NCBI GenBank assembly: GCA_028534125.1
Contig: CM052818.1
Span: 31,932,001 to 31,996,000 of the forward strand
Length of the DNA stretch: 64,000 nt
Origin: Lama glama
Lineage: Eukaryota
Reading direction: 5' to 3'
Within the stretch, counting starts at the first letter, position 1. Each line of letters starts with the position of its first letter. The notes beneath the pieces are model-generated. The model saw nothing but the letters and a program-made list of their open reading frames with translations, was not told where the DNA came from and did no database searches. A program made the translations under genes and the position numbers. Of the stretch, positions 13,736 through 24,989 are shown one piece after another.

Positions 13736-13767
<32 letters not shown>
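13736..13767. repeat. (AT)16 microsatellite inside the L1 3' UTR
   Basis: Read directly from the sequence. Confidence 0.95.
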
Positions 13768-13770
<3 letters not shown>

Positions 13771-13977
13771 TTGTCACATTTTTTACTCTGTGAGCTACCA
13801 TAAGATCTTGTATGTATTTCCCTGTGCTATACAGTATAATCTTGTTTATCTATTCTACAATTTTGAAATCCCAGTCTATTCCTTCCCACCCCCCACCCCC
13901 TTGGCAACCACAAGTTTGTATTCTGTCTATGAGCCTATTTCTGTTTTGTATTTATGCTTTGTTTGTTTGTTTGTTTT

Positions 13978-16034
13978 TTAGATTCCACATATGAGTGATC
14001 TCATGTGGTATTTTTCTTTCTCTTTCTGGCTTGCTTCACTTAGAATGACATTCTCTAGGAACATCCATGTTGCTGCAAATGATGTTATGTTGTTGGTTTT
14101 TATGGCTGAATAGTATTCCATTGTATAAATATACCACTTCTTCTTTATCCAGTCACCTGTTGATGGACATTTAGGCTGTTTCCATGTCTTGGCTATTGTA
14201 AATAATGCTGCTATGAACATTGGGGTGCAGGTGTCATTTTGAAGTAGGGTTCCTTCTGGATATATGCCAGGAGCAGGATTACTGGGTCATACGGTAAGTC
14301 TATTTCTAGTCTTTTGAGGAATCTCCATACTGTTTTCCACAGTGGCTGCACCAAACTGCATTCCCACCAGCAGTGAAGGAGGGTTCCCTTTACTCCACAG
14401 CCTCTCCAGCATTTGTCATTTGTGGATTTTTGAATGATGGCTATTCTGACTGATGTGAGGTGATACCTTCTTGTAGTTCTGATTTGCATTTGTCTGATAA
14501 TTAGTGATACTGAGCATTTTTTCATGTGCCTATTGATCATTTGTATGTCTTCCTTGGAGAATTGCTTCTTTAGGTCTTCTGCCCATTTTTGGATTGCATT
14601 GTTTATTTTTTTCTTATTAAGTCGTATGAGCTGCTTATATATTCTGGAGATCAAGCCTGTGTCNNNNNNNNNNNNNNNNNNNNNNNNNNNNNNNNNNNNN
14701 NNNNNNNNNNNNNNNNNNNNNNNNNNNNNNNNNNNNNNNNNNNNNNNNNNNNNNNNNNNNNNNNNNNNNNNNNNNNNNNNNNNNNNNNNNNNNNNNNNNN
14801 NNNNNNNNNNNNNNNNNNNNNNNNNNNNNNNNNNNNNNNNNNNNNNNNNNNNNNNNNNNNNNNNNNNNNNNNNNNNNNNNNNNNNNNNNNNNNNNNNNNN
14901 NNNNNNNNNNNNNNNNNNNNNNNNNNNNNNNNNNNNNNNNNNNNNNNNNNNNNNNNNNNNNNNNNNNNNNNNNNNNNNNNNNNNNNNNNNNNNNNNNNNN
15001 NNNNNNNNNNNNNNNNNNNNNNNNNNNNNNNNNNNNNNNNNNNNNNNNNNNNNNNNNNNNNNNNNNNNNNNNNNNNNNNNNNNNNNNNNNNNNNNNNNNN
15101 NNNNNNNNNNNNNNNNNNNNNNNNNNNNNNNNNNNNNNNNNNNNNNNNNNNNNNNNNNNNNNNCAGTAATGCTTTGGCAATTCTAGGTCTTTGATGGTTC
15201 CATATAAATTTTATTATGATTTGTTCTAGTTCTGTGAAATATGTCCTGAGTAATTTGATAGGGATTGCATTAAATCTGTAGATTGCCTTGGGCAGTGTGA
15301 CCATTTTAACAATATTGATTCTTCCAATCCAAGAGCATGGGATATCTTTCCATTTTTTAAAGTCTTCTTTAATTTCCTTCATCAATGGTTTATAGTTTTC
15401 TGTGTATAATTCTTTCACCTCCTTGGTTAGATCTATTCCTAGGTATTTTATTGCTTTGGGTGCTATTTTAAAGGGGATTGTTTCTTTACTTTCTTTTTCT
15501 GTTGATTCATCGTTAGTGTAAAGAAATGCAACTGATTTTTGAACGTTAATTTTGTAACCTGCTACCTTGCTGAATTCTTCGATTAGCTCTAGTAGTTTTT
15601 GTGTGGAACTTTTAGGATTTTCTATATATAGTAACATGTCGTCAACATGTAGTGACACTTTTACCTCTTCTTTTCCAATTTGGATCCCTTTTATTTCTCT
15701 CTCTTGCCTGATTGCTGTGGCTAGGACTTCCAAGACCATGTTGAATAGGAGTGGTGATAGTGGTCATCCTTGTCTTGTCCCAGATTTTAGTGGAAAGCTT
15801 TTGAGTTTTTCACCATTGAGTACTAACTATGCTGGCTGTAGGTTTGTCATATATAGCTTTTATTATGTTGAGATATGTTCCCTCTATACCCACTTTGGTG
15901 AGAGTTTTTATCATAAATGGGTGTTGAATTTTATCAAATGCTTTTTCTGCATCTATTGAGAAGATCATGTGGTTTTTGTCCTTCTCTAGTTGATGTGGTG
16001 TATTACATTGATTGATTTGCGTATGTGGAACCAC
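13978..16034 (-). pseudogene. L1 ORF2 remnant (RT and C-terminal cysteine-rich region), frameshifted
   Basis: ORF-track pieces 15810-16034, 14651-15739, 14211-14654 and 13978-14220 are all L1 ORF2p-like and lie in different frames; the RT motif reads SLHVDDM. Confidence 0.93.
14664..15163. other. Assembly gap (500 N)
   Basis: N run. Confidence 1.
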
Positions 16035-16621
16035 CCTCCTTTCAAATTCTTGATGCTTTGAGAGCAGGCTGGCAACTAAACTTTTGTGGACTCCTCAGAC
16101 TCTTTCAACACAAGGAGAAAGAGTGTGTCTGGGAGCTTCAGGGGCTCAGTCTTGAGACAAAGTCTTTTCAGGATTATATCAGGAAGTAAAAGTTGTGGTG
16201 GGGCATGGGCAGGAGCGGGGAGGGAGACACATGACTAACCCACTCCCACACCCTGTTGGGATTACGTCTTGAATTACGTCCTTATTTCATGAATTAGTGA
16301 TGACACCACCACCTTAATATTATTCATTAAAGCAGTTGAGTCTATGCACCTCTGCATGGCCTCCTCTCTGAATCCCACAAGAGAGACATCTCCACAGTCT
16401 AACAGCAGAACGCTTCCAAGAGCAAACCTCTCCTCTCTTGGAGAGAGACCAGCACAAGAAAGGGGCTGGCTCAGTGTTCAGGTGTTTCCCTTGCGTTCTT
16501 GTTTAAATTAAATGATTGGTGGCCCAGGGTCACTTAGTTGAATGAACAGCACCTACCCCCTCCTTTTTATTTTTAGATAAATTAGGAAGATCTGTAGAAA
16601 CAGACAGTTTTCACTGAATCC

Positions 16622-16872
16622 AAAGGAGTCACAAATTTAAATGCCTATAGATGTGGGCAATTTATGCAATGAATTGAAAGAATGAAAAAACCCAGTCTGG
16701 TAAAATGGTACAAGCTGGCTTCAATAAAAAAAGGTCAGGCTTGGGTGGAATCTGGAACCATAAATGAAAGTGTGCTGTTTTTAAGTGTTGGCAACTGATT
16801 TAAGTAAAAACAAAACTGTGAGATAAATGAGACTGTGAGGCAGAATGCAGCTTGGGCTACCAGTTTGAGATA
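16622..16872. mobile_element. hAT-like DNA transposon relic
   Basis: The ends 'aggagtcacaaatttaaatgcctatag' and 'gggctaccagtttgaga' resemble degraded hAT-Charlie terminal inverted repeats. Confidence 0.5.
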
Positions 16873-17029
16873 TTGGATGGGGTGACTGCATTCATGTGAC
16901 TGACACTAAAAACCCTAGCCTTGGGAGGGAGAAAAGATCTTGAAGGTGTTCTGGAGGTCAGAAAGTTTTTGCTATGCAGTTTTTTTTTTAAGTATGCACT
17001 TAAGAGGGGTTTAGTGGTGACTATAAGGA

Positions 17030-17210
17030 AATGCAGGTGCTGTGCCAAGTACTGTACAAACTTTGACTCATCCTCACAGTCCTGCAAGTTGGCTGTTATC
17101 ATCCCCATTTGACAGAGAAGAAAACAAAGGCTAAGAAAACCTGAGTAACTTATCCAAAGTTGCATAATTATTAAGTGACAGAAGTAGGATTTAACCCTGA
17201 TTTGGACTGC
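17030..17210 (-). mobile_element. MIR SINE
   Basis: 'tcatcctcacagtcctgcaag...atccccatttgacagagaagaaaacaaaggct'. Confidence 0.8.
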
Positions 17211-17449
17211 TGTGCCAGGAATATCTGAGGGTCCAGAAACAGTTCACAGAGCCCTCTAGATTTTTATGGTTCGCTGCTCATAGCTTGCAATGTACTGGAA
17301 AATAAGTTACCTTAAGACTGGATCTGCTCATATATTATCCTTCCATTCATTCCAGATTGGATTAGAGGGTGTGTAAGACTTGACATCCTGTGGTTCTGAG
17401 ACACAGCCACCACCACTTTTATCACTATCACTTCCCTGTAGTGACAGTT

Positions 17450-17630
17450 TACTAGGCTTTGTTGTGTGCATTTAATTCCACGTAATTCTCATACCAATCC
17501 ATAGATATTAGTCCCATTTCACAGAGGAGGAAACTGAGGCTCAGAGATGTTAAATAACTTGCTCAAGTCCATTTAGCTAATGAGACAGACTCAGGATTGG
17601 GGCTCAGGTATGTCTGACTCTTAATCCTGA
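17450..17630 (-). mobile_element. MIR SINE
   Basis: 'cccatttcacagaggaggaaactgaggctcagagatgttaaataacttgctcaag'. Confidence 0.88.
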
Positions 17631-17699
17631 GCAGAAGTGAGGTGCAGGGTTGGAGAATGGGCATGGTCTGTCCTACCACTGGCACTGGAAGAGCACTAC

Positions 17700-17900
17700 C
17701 TACTGCCTGAGTTGGTATCACAGCTCCCACTTACAGTGAGTACAGTGTGACATGAACAGGTCACTTAGCTTCACTGGGCCTCAGTTCCTTTTCTGTAAAA
17801 TGAGGTAATAGCAGATCTGCCTCCTAGCATTGTTGTTGAGTTCACCTATATATAGAGTGCTTGGAGCCGTGCCTGACACATATTGAAATGTTCAGTGTTG
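17700..17900 (+). mobile_element. MIR SINE
   Basis: 'ggtcacttagcttcactgggcctcagttccttttctgtaaaatgaggtaatag'. Confidence 0.85.
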
Positions 17901-19142
17901 TTCCTCTTTTTTTTTTTTTTCTGTAGCCTAAGCCTGTGCTCTTACTCCCAAGGAGGTCAGCTACACCTCTGTTCCTCCCTTGCCCTACTGTGGGAGAGAT
18001 GCAGCCCAGAGTTCTGGAGAGAGGCTTAAAAGAGATAGCCTCTCTGATATTATGGAAACATTAACTTATCCTTTCTTCTTCTCCTTAAGTTTCTTTCAGC
18101 CATGACAGCCATGGACTTAATAGAATTCAGTTCACTAAAGTTCTGTTAGTTCTGGGTATGAGCAATAGAAGGAGCTTTCTCAGGAAGCTGCTTATGGGAC
18201 TGGCAGTATAGTAGCTATTTGCCACACAATTATGGATTAAAGGATACTACAAAGAGAACATGTTTAGATAGTTTAGGTGAGGGACTCAGAGCAGGCAGAG
18301 CTGGTGTGGATACTGAGCGGGTGTGCTGTAGAGTTCAATGCTGGCCTAGGTAACAAGTTGTCTTACTAAATGGAGTGTTACTTGTGCAGGGGCAGGGGCC
18401 TTCTGTTTTTTGAGGAAACACAGCCATAGCTCTGCAAGTTCTAGGAGGTTTATTTTTATGCCTCTTTTTTAATCTAAGTAATAATGAATTCAGTAGACTG
18501 TCTTGAGGGAGACGTTGCCCCCCTGTTTCTAATGTAAGAAGAATATATATTCAGCCTTGAGTCCTCAACAGGTTATTTCCTTTGCCTGCTTCCCTCCTCC
18601 TCCATCCACCCCCTAATTCCTCTTGCACCTCCATCCTTAGTGCCAGATATTCTAGCTTGTGACACCTTTGCTGTGTCCTTTGAAGCTTGCTGGCCAGGCT
18701 GAAAGGGATGATTAGCACCTTCACCGAAATATGAGAAAGGGCGTACTGACCAGAGGGTGAGGGACCCCGGAAGAGAAATCTTTGTATCTCCTTTGATATC
18801 TGGCACAGTGTGAAAACTTAGTAAGTACTTAGCAAATGCTGTCTGGAGGAGGGTATGAACATGCTCTGCTTAGAATCAGCCAGATTTACTGGAATGCTTA
18901 TTAACCTTCCATCTCCTCCTCTATGAAGTCTTTCCTGGTTGCATCTTCATCCAGAAATAATGTCTTCCCATCTGAAATCCCATGAAGTTTATTACCTCTT
19001 GAGAGAATATCACACTTCATATTGTGTCATTTATAAGTCTTGGTTCCCTGGCAGTGCTACACATGTCTTCAAATCAGGACCAGGTTGACCCTATCTTTAT
19101 TCTCTGTATGGTACCAGCATGAGCCCATTAGTGAGAAGTGTG

Positions 19143-19167
19143 GTGTGTGTGTGTGTGTGTGTGTGTG
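19143..19167. repeat. (GT)12 microsatellite
   Basis: Read directly from the sequence. Confidence 0.95.
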
Positions 19168-19719
19168 AATTTGAACAGCACTTTTTCTGTGAGAGTGGTC
19201 TGCATTGTAACTCTTAAGTCTTACAGATTGTGAGTTCCTCCAGGCCAGAAATTGTGTCTTACTCAACTCTGCCTTTCTAGCCCAGGCAGGAGATGTTATG
19301 GGAGGAAAAATAGCCAGGGATGATGGGAGGATGGTGGACTTGGTGAAAGACCTTGGAGGTGGGGGTTTCCCAACATATGGTTCCCTCCACTTTATTTGGC
19401 ATCATAAGCCTGAGTTGGCTGAGCCAGATTAGGGATTCTGTGTGCCTCATTGGGCTTCTGGTTCCTAGAGCCAAGCACCATTTTGGTAATACCAGTACAT
19501 TTACATTTGCTTGGTAGAAAACAAATTAAATTTAATCTGAAACCACCTAAAACAGGAATGAGACATATGTATATATATATGGAAAAATAACGTAAAATTC
19601 TTAGGGGGAATTATGCAAGGAAGATAGTCAGCAGTTGGTAGTAGACCTACGTTTTCCTCCCCTCGATGGTGTGTTGGAGTTTAACTCACACAGACTCCCG
19701 ATAACTCCCAATTATGTGT

Positions 19720-19863
19720 GATCAGTGAAACTTTTTTGGGTAGCTAGAAATTGACAATGGTGGGAGTATTTACACCACAGAAATCAGCAAATGCTACGAA
19801 TCAGAGTTTATCTCCTCTCTTATCCTCAAAACTGATTGTTAAGCATTTACCAGTATACCCCTG
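19720..19863 (-). mobile_element. MER63-type hAT element
   Basis: 'tggtgggagtatttacaccacagaaatcagcaaatgctac...attgttaagcatttaccagtatacccctg'. Confidence 0.75.
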
Positions 19864-20719
19864 ACATTCCTTCCCTCTCCTGCATGTTTTACTTGTAAGT
19901 ACTTGACTTTGCTGTGTGTAGCTGCAATGGGCCCAGCACACTGAGATGTGTGAAGGAGAACTGGGTGAAGGTAGACTGTGCTGTCACCTGGGTCTCATAC
20001 TTTTTCTTTCCTTCAGGCACCTGCATCCCCATTAGCACCTGGTAGGCACAAGGAGGCATGGAAGATCTAACTACTGTCATTTAAAAACACGGATTTACCT
20101 GGTCATCTTTCATATTTGTCTGTTTCCCTCCTGCCTTTAGTTTTCTTTCCCCTTGTATCCTCTACTTAATTTTTTTCAGGCCTTTATTTGTGCCATCACT
20201 TTGCCACATTAGCATCACAGAATCTGGGAACATTTAAACTAGAAGGGACTTAGGCATCATCTATTACCCAGGAAGGTAAATATATGTTATTCCTTGTTTT
20301 AAATTGAATCCACTGATTGAAGCTGCCCTGTACTGTGAGTCTGTATGTGAACTCAGTGGGAATGAGAGCCAGGATTGATTATTTATGACTGCTAAGGGTG
20401 TGGGTTATGGGAAGCAGGACTGGTTTTGCACATATCATGTACTTAAACATCCTGAGTTCATTCCACTTCATAAAAGAAAACTGAGGATCCCAAGGGTTAA
20501 ATAGCTTGCCAGGGTCACACAGCTTATAAGTGGGTAAGCTGGGATTCAAATCCAATTTTTTCCCAGTGCCTTGGGCTTCATTTATGGAATGAGATATGCA
20601 GTCTGGAGGGAGGAGAAGAGAATCACCAATAACATAAACTCTAATCTGATCAGAACCAGGAATGGAGAAGCAGAAAGATTACAGATTTTAAAACTCAATC
20701 TACTGTCCTCTGCTTGGTT

Positions 20720-20891
20720 TTGTTGCTTTTGTGCTTCGGAGTTCTTATAAGGAAACCCATCCTGCCAGATTAGCACCCTACACTTATGACCTCATTTAAC
20801 CTTAATTACTTCCCTAAAGGCTCTGTCTCCATTATCTCTTATTAGAGCTTCAGCCTCTGAATTCTGGGGGAATGCAGTTCAGTCTGTAACA
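20720..20891 (-). mobile_element. MaLR LTR 5' part (MLT1A-C-like)
   Basis: 'cttatgacctcatttaaccttaattacttccctaaagg...gaattctgggggaatgcagttcagtctgtaaca'. Confidence 0.8.
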
Positions 20892-21782
20892 GACCCTTAA
20901 TATAAGGCCCAGGAGATCGTAAGATAGGCATTGTGATTGCCATTTTATCAGCATAGGATCTGAGGCTCAGAAACTTGACAGTGTTGTTAAGCAGCTTATA
21001 CAAGATTGCCAGGCTGGCTGGTCAATGCTGGAAGTGGGGAGAGAACTTGAGTTTTCTAACTCTGCTCCTAACCTCTTTCCATTGTTCTCCTAAGTCCCTC
21101 ACCACAAGTCATCCCCAGCTATAAAATACAATGATCTCTTCTCGGTTCTTTTCTCCTTGACAACATTTAACAATATGACTACATACCCATTATTTTTTTT
21201 TAATGATGACATCCTAATTAATTTAAATAGTGAGGGAGAAGTTGTACTCAAAACACCACCATCTTCACACCATCACTCTTCTCCTTTGTGTTACCTTTCA
21301 AGTTTTGTCCATTTGTATTCATTAGACTCAGTTGTAATGAGTAAGTTGGAGCAGGAAATCCATGGGGTTGTCAAGCTCTTCCAATCGATGACTTGGGAGG
21401 ATTCCAAAGCCACAGACAGATACAAGTTCATGCAGTAGAAACTGGATGCAATAGACTGGTCCTTTCTCGTGAGGCTGGACTATCCAGCAGCTGCTTTGTC
21501 GCTCTCTTCACAAATCTGCTGGCCAGTACTGGTTGCTCTCTGGAATTTTCTGGCCTTATGCATATCTCTAGAAAGTAATCATTTGAGTTCAGGACAGGGT
21601 AGCAAAAAATACATTGAAATCCCCATGAAGCCTGTGCTCTGACTGTATCTCAAAATGGAAAGTGGGTGTCTTTGGGATTTCTCATACTCTTCCAAATGTC
21701 CTGCAACCCCACCATCAGGACAAGGGACTTGAAGTAAGGAACTAGGTGAATACATCAAGAAGCAGCCCTCTCTTTTTTTTTT

Positions 21783-22344
21783 CTGCACCCCAATGTTCGT
21801 AGCAGCATTATTTACAATGGCGAAGATATGGAAACAGCCTAAATGTCCATCAACAGATGACTGGATAAAGAAGCCGTGGTATATTTATACAATGGAATAC
21901 TATTCAGCCATAAAAACCAACAACATAATGCCATTTGCAGCAACATGGATGTCCCTGGAGAATGTCATTCTAAGTGAAGTAAGCCAGAAAGAGAAAGAAA
22001 AATACCATATGAGATCACTCATATGTGGAATCTAAATAGAAAAAACAACATAAATACAAAACAGAAGCAGACTCATAGACATAGAATACAAACTTGTGGT
22101 TGCCAAGGGGGAGGTGGGTGGGAAGGAATAGACTGGGATTTCAAAATTGTAGAATAGATAAACAAGATTATACTATATAGCACAGGGAAATATATACAAG
22201 ATCTTATGGTAGCTCACAGAGAAAAAAATGTGACAATGAATACATATATATGTTCATGTATAACTGAAAATTGTGCTCTACAGTGGAATGTGACACAACA
22301 TTGTAAAATGATTATAAATCAATAGAAAATGTTTAAAAAAAAAA
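21783..22344 (+). mobile_element. Young 5'-truncated LINE-1 3' end (ORF2 C-terminus, 3' UTR, poly(A))
   Basis: ORF 21793-22035 reads [20 protein letters not shown]...; same 3' UTR as the 13.6-kb copy; imperfect TSD aagaagcag(c/a)c(c/t)tctctt at 21757-21774 and 22343-22360. Confidence 0.96.
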
Positions 22345-22399
22345 GAAGCAGACTTCTCTTGCCCTTAACCAAGCTTTCTCACTGAGGAAGAAGTATTGA

Positions 22400-22700
22400 G
22401 ATCTAATGGGATGAGTTTGGTTGGAGTCAGACCAACTGTAGTTCACGTCCCAACTCTGTCATGTAGTTGTTCATTCTTTTATATCCTCCCTTGTTCTAAC
22501 AAAAGTTTTAAAAGGCTACTGCCTTGCTACTTGCCATTGGGGTGACATACAGAAGACACTTAATTGATTTCTGACTCTCAGTATAATGGAGATGCTAGCA
22601 GCCACTTTGCAAGGCTGTTTGAAGAATTAAGCAAAATAATGCGTGAAAGTTCCAAGTACAGCATGTGGCACATAGTAGATGTCCAGTAAACAGTATCTAT
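22400..22700 (+). mobile_element. MIR SINE, degraded and interrupted
   Basis: 'ttggagtcagacc...gttcacgtcccaactctgtca' and 3' 'gcatgtggcacatagtagatg'. Confidence 0.6.
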
Positions 22701-23689
22701 TATTTTAAAAACGGATGTGTTTGATAGGCTTGTGCTTGCAGAGCCTTATAGAAGAAAATGTCGCTCATCCATATTCTTTAAAACTCATATGCTCTTGGAT
22801 GCAGTTTAACTTCTGTATAAAGTTTACCTTCAATAAGGGACTCATTTATTTCATTGGTTTGGTGAAGCAACCCTGGAAAGGCTTTAGGATTTGGGACAGG
22901 CAAGTGATTAAGGATGGGGCTAAATTATTTACTTCATCAAAGTGTCTCTGGGCTTTATTATGCAGACCTGTCATAGGAAGCTGTACATAAAGATGAATAA
23001 TTGTTCCTTTAAGTCAGGCATCTGAAAGGTCACTGGGGCCATGGCAGACATAAAAAGTTGTGTTTGCTGCATCATCAAGATGCAGTTGTGTATGGATGTG
23101 ATGCATGGCAGGCAGTGTGAGGCTGGACTTTTGCTTTCCACTTTGTATTCCTGTCACGCTGGGCTGCCATATGGAAAGGCAGCGATTACCCCTTTGGAGG
23201 CCCAGAATCCTGTACTTACACCATTCTTTGCAGCCACTGCCCCCTGTGGTGGAGCATTCAGGACAGCAGGGATTTGGAGAATGGACCAGCTAGTGTAGGA
23301 TAATGGCATGTCTGTTTTTCCATCTGACAGGTGTCCTGACTTGAGCTTACTTGTTATCTTCCAGGGATCTTGGAAGTAGATGGAAAAGGAAAAGAAAATG
23401 AGGCAAAGTGACCAAGTCTCTCACCACCATGTGATGCACCCCAGTGGGTGTCAGTTGACTTGTGGTTTTATGTTTCTTGGCTTGAGAAGGATAGACTGAC
23501 TCCTGCTGAGGCTCTTGGGACCCAGAGTTTTAGAGAAGTCATATGGCTTCTTGGAGTTCCACATGCTTTTTGGACCAGGCTGACTTTCACTTACTCTCCT
23601 TCTTTCTTCATAGGGGCCCAGCAGCAGGGGTGGAAGACACAACCAAATGTGCCCCTGTGGGCAAGTCATTTCCTGCTCTTGGCCCAACA

Positions 23690-24197
23690 TCCTTATTCTC
23701 CAAGCTTCAGTCACATTAGTGTGACCTTCATCATCCATGTTGTATTTGTGTAACATATACTTAATATTTTTTCAAATGGACTAATTTTGTATTTCAATAA
23801 ATCTATGTTTAAAGAAGAAACCTTATATCATTATAGTTAATGGATATAGAAAATACTTGAAAGAATAGATAAAATGAAAACCAAGCAATGAGATTAAATT
23901 CTTTCTAGATGCTTTGGCCAAATCAATGTCTCTACACTTGAAGTTTGCTCTTTTTTTGTTAAAAAGGGAGCTTGACAAGTGTTAGAGAAGTGTTAAAGAC
24001 ATAGTAACACCCAGCTGAGACTGTTTGGAGGTACTCAGAAGGAGTAAAAGAAAAGTAAAACAGGAATAGCTTCCTCACCGTGTAATTTCATGTTACTTAA
24101 TAATGTGTCCTTGTTGTCACTGCAGCATTTTCTGGCTTGCCTAAAATCCTGCGTCATACTAACACTGATATGAATCCTATCCTTTGGGGAAAACTGT
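23690..24197. mobile_element. hAT-Charlie DNA transposon relic
   Basis: AT-rich body with ends 'ttctccaagcttcagtca' and 'ctttgggggaaaactg', similar to Charlie termini. Confidence 0.5.
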
Positions 24198-24359
24198 ACC
24201 AGTTCCCTTTCAGTTCCAGATTTGTATTCCTTCCATCTGTTATGCCTAATGATGACCCAGTTAACTTTTCTATTTCCACTTTCACTTCTGCTTGCTTAGT
24301 GGCCTGCATTCAGCTGATGCTTGATTGAATCATTCATCCAACCTTTTGCATCTTCAAAA

Positions 24360-24620
24360 AACTCCTACGTGCTAATTAAAAACCATTGACACTTAAGCAG
24401 CAAATTACGAACCTGGAAGCAAGCCATGGAAGGAGCCCCTGAGAATCCCTCTGCCTGCTCTCCTGCTCCTGACAAGCACTGGACCCTTGAGTGCAGAGCT
24501 CTCCTTAGCGGAAGGAAGCCTCCGCTCCCTTCCTGAGGGCGGCCGCCATTCCAATGAGTAATGTTTTGAGACAGATGCAAAATCAATAGCACTAGACTCA
24601 CACTGCTCCGGTTATCTTCC
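24360..24620. promoter_or_regulatory. Candidate enhancer or constrained non-coding element
   Basis: Non-repetitive block with several retained CpGs, a YY1-like GCCGCCAT and an ETS-like CGGAAG. Function is inferred only. Confidence 0.35.
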
Positions 24621-24957
24621 ATTCTTTTTCATTCAACCTCCCTTGGCTTCCCTAGATGAGAGTCTGGGGAGAGGTTCATCTCCTCCTTTGTTTCTTCTTG
24701 TATCGCTGTTGTAGCCACAGGGATGAGGGTGACAGATATTTCTAGGTTGTCAAGGGAGAGATAGGAAAGATGAGGTCTTTGCAGCACCTGACAATTCACT
24801 GTGAAGACCCAAGGTGCTTTTTGTGGGTTTTAAAAAAATTAACGTTTTAATTGTCCTCTTCAGTTTGCACAGATTGTAATCCTTGCTGAGGATTGCTCCC
24901 GAGTGAAGTCTGAAAGTACTTTAAGCAGTTGAGTTGTCTGAGATCTCTTTACTGAAG

Positions 24958-24989
24958 GCGTGTGTGTGTGTGTGTCTGTGTGTGTGTGT
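24958..24989. repeat. Interrupted (TG)n microsatellite
   Basis: Read directly from the sequence. Confidence 0.9.

Larger units (their letters stand above)
13649..16034 (-). mobile_element. Young 5'-truncated LINE-1 (RT region to 3' end), spanning a 500-N gap
   Basis: ORF2 peptides [30 protein letters not shown] and [10 protein letters not shown]; 3' UTR and poly(A) on the minus strand; perfect 17-bp TSD cctcctttcaaattctt at 13632-13648 and 16035-16051. Confidence 0.97.

Noticed and set aside
14524..15194. Long ORFs of 180-220 aa
   Set aside because: Artefacts of translating through the 500-N gap.
17450..17900. Oppositely oriented MIR pair as a dsRNA hairpin (likewise 12410-12930)
   Set aside because: The copies are old and divergent, and MIRs are dense here, so inverted neighbours are expected by chance.
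18059..18161. Plus-strand acceptor (CAG 18097-18099), Kozak-like GCCATGG and a possible GTATGA donor
   Set aside because: The ATG frame stops after 15 codons, before the donor, and the peptide is unrecognised. At most a cryptic exon.
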